A DNA stretch of 64,000 bases. Origin: the human T2T-CHM13v2.0 reference genome, Homo sapiens. Made by a program: the position numbers and the translations under genes. Shown here in pieces: positions 62,709-64,000 of this stretch. The notes below the pieces were generated by a model, which had not been told where the DNA came from, ran no database searches, and saw only the letters and a list, made by a program, of their open reading frames with translations. The DNA is taken from the NCBI RefSeq assembly GCF_009914755.1, contig NC_060936.1. The stretch is one strand, 5' to 3'. Within the stretch, counting starts at the first letter, position 1; each line of letters starts with the position of its first letter.

Positions 62709-64000
62709 ATAACCTATTCATTCATTTCTCTCTCTTTTTTTTTTTTTTTTAATCGTTCTCTTGTTTAATGTTATTCTAGAAATGAACCAGTAGCTCTAAA
62801 TTAAAAGTGATGGCCAAAAATTCCCACTTTATTTTCTACGACAAGTCAGCATGCTAGAGTCACAGTTCCCTTGTGCAAAGAAGTGAACAAAACGTGCATG
62901 GAGGGAAGCACAGGAAATATCGTGATTTTGTGTGAGAGCTGGAATGCCACTAAGTAATAAATGACTCTGGTAAATTGTAAAAGACTACCTTGGGTTGTGT
63001 ATATTAAAAGTATATAAATTTCCGTGTGTGTTTGTGTCAGAGAGAGAGAGGTCTTTGGGTTTGGGGTAGAGGTTGTATAAATGTGACTTCAAAATGTCGC
63101 CTGTCATAGGCTACCCTTGTCACATTCTAGGGTTAACCCTGTTAAGGGTGAAAAAGTGAAGTTATCAAAAAATGAAGTGGGCCCTTACACAGCACAGATG
63201 TACATGACCTCGGTCTTTACTCCACTTAATCACCACTTCCTTACTCAGTTTGTCTTAATATTGCTTATTTCATTTTTCAGATATTTTCTGCAAGAATAGT
63301 TTTCTTGTTTAACTATCCTGGATTTACAAATACATGTTTCAGCTTGGAAAACAAAATTTTTTGTTTAACTTTTTGTATTTCGTAGCAATAGCAATGAAAA
63401 TCTTCTAAAGATTGGGGGAAAAACCTATAATTTTTTTGGACACACTTCTTTAAACTTTGCTTGATGAGGCTGTTTTTAAATGAAACATTCACATGCAAAA
63501 TTCAAGAGACCGGGAAAAATAGTCTGAAATTGATAAAGTTGTTTGTCCATTGTATTTTTAGTCAGGATTATCTGGACCATTTTTTAACATCTTGGAGTCG
63601 TCAGTTGATCTGGTTTTAGTTTCAGCTGAAAAGGACAATTTTCTGTTCTCCTTCAGTTAACCAAGACGTGGTCACAGACCAGGCAACACAGGTTTTGTCA
63701 GTGAGATACCATGGAAAGGAAAAGAGGCCTTATAATTATAATCAATAGGTCTGGGTTTGATGGTGTACTTTCAAAGACCACACATATGGCTGTGGGCATG
63801 TTTTTATCATGATCTATAAAATGGGGATAATAACGCCTATATGGGGTTCATTGAGATAAAGTCTATGATCTTTTGGCATGCACGCAATAGTCAATAGAGA
63901 GTTTTCTTTCTCTCTCAGTTTACCCCCTGGATAAAAGTAGGTTGATTCTGGCTTAAGTTACAAAGAGGAAAAGCTGTGTCTTCCACATTTGTTTCTTCCA

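Overview
Primate (human-like) genomic DNA containing nearly the whole LDHB gene (lactate dehydrogenase B, H subunit) on the minus strand, followed by about 41 kb of repeat-rich upstream sequence. Seven coding exons with GT-AG boundaries join in frame into the 334-aa protein: 19146-19274, 11492-11609, 8512-8685, 6529-6702, 2932-3049, 1649-1772 and 120-287. A non-coding exon 1 lies in a CpG island at about 22.35-22.44 kb, and the 3' UTR runs off the window start. The stop codon has the UGA-CUAG readthrough context, which adds X-L-V-S-S-R-L (a hidden peroxisomal PTS1; the known LDHBx isoform). Introns carry a solo HERV-K(HML-2) LTR5, Alus, MER1/MER2 and a 69-bp x4 minisatellite. Upstream are two convergent LTR12 (ERV9) solo LTRs, and the first is followed by a strong splice donor, making it a candidate LTR-driven lncRNA promoter. 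Also upstream are MER57, MER21, two ERV1 LTR1/LTR27-group LTRs, a Ricksha MuDR element, an old decayed near-full-length L1, MER6 and a strong CTCF motif. I find no evidence of a new protein-coding system; the other ORFs are repeat-derived or spurious.
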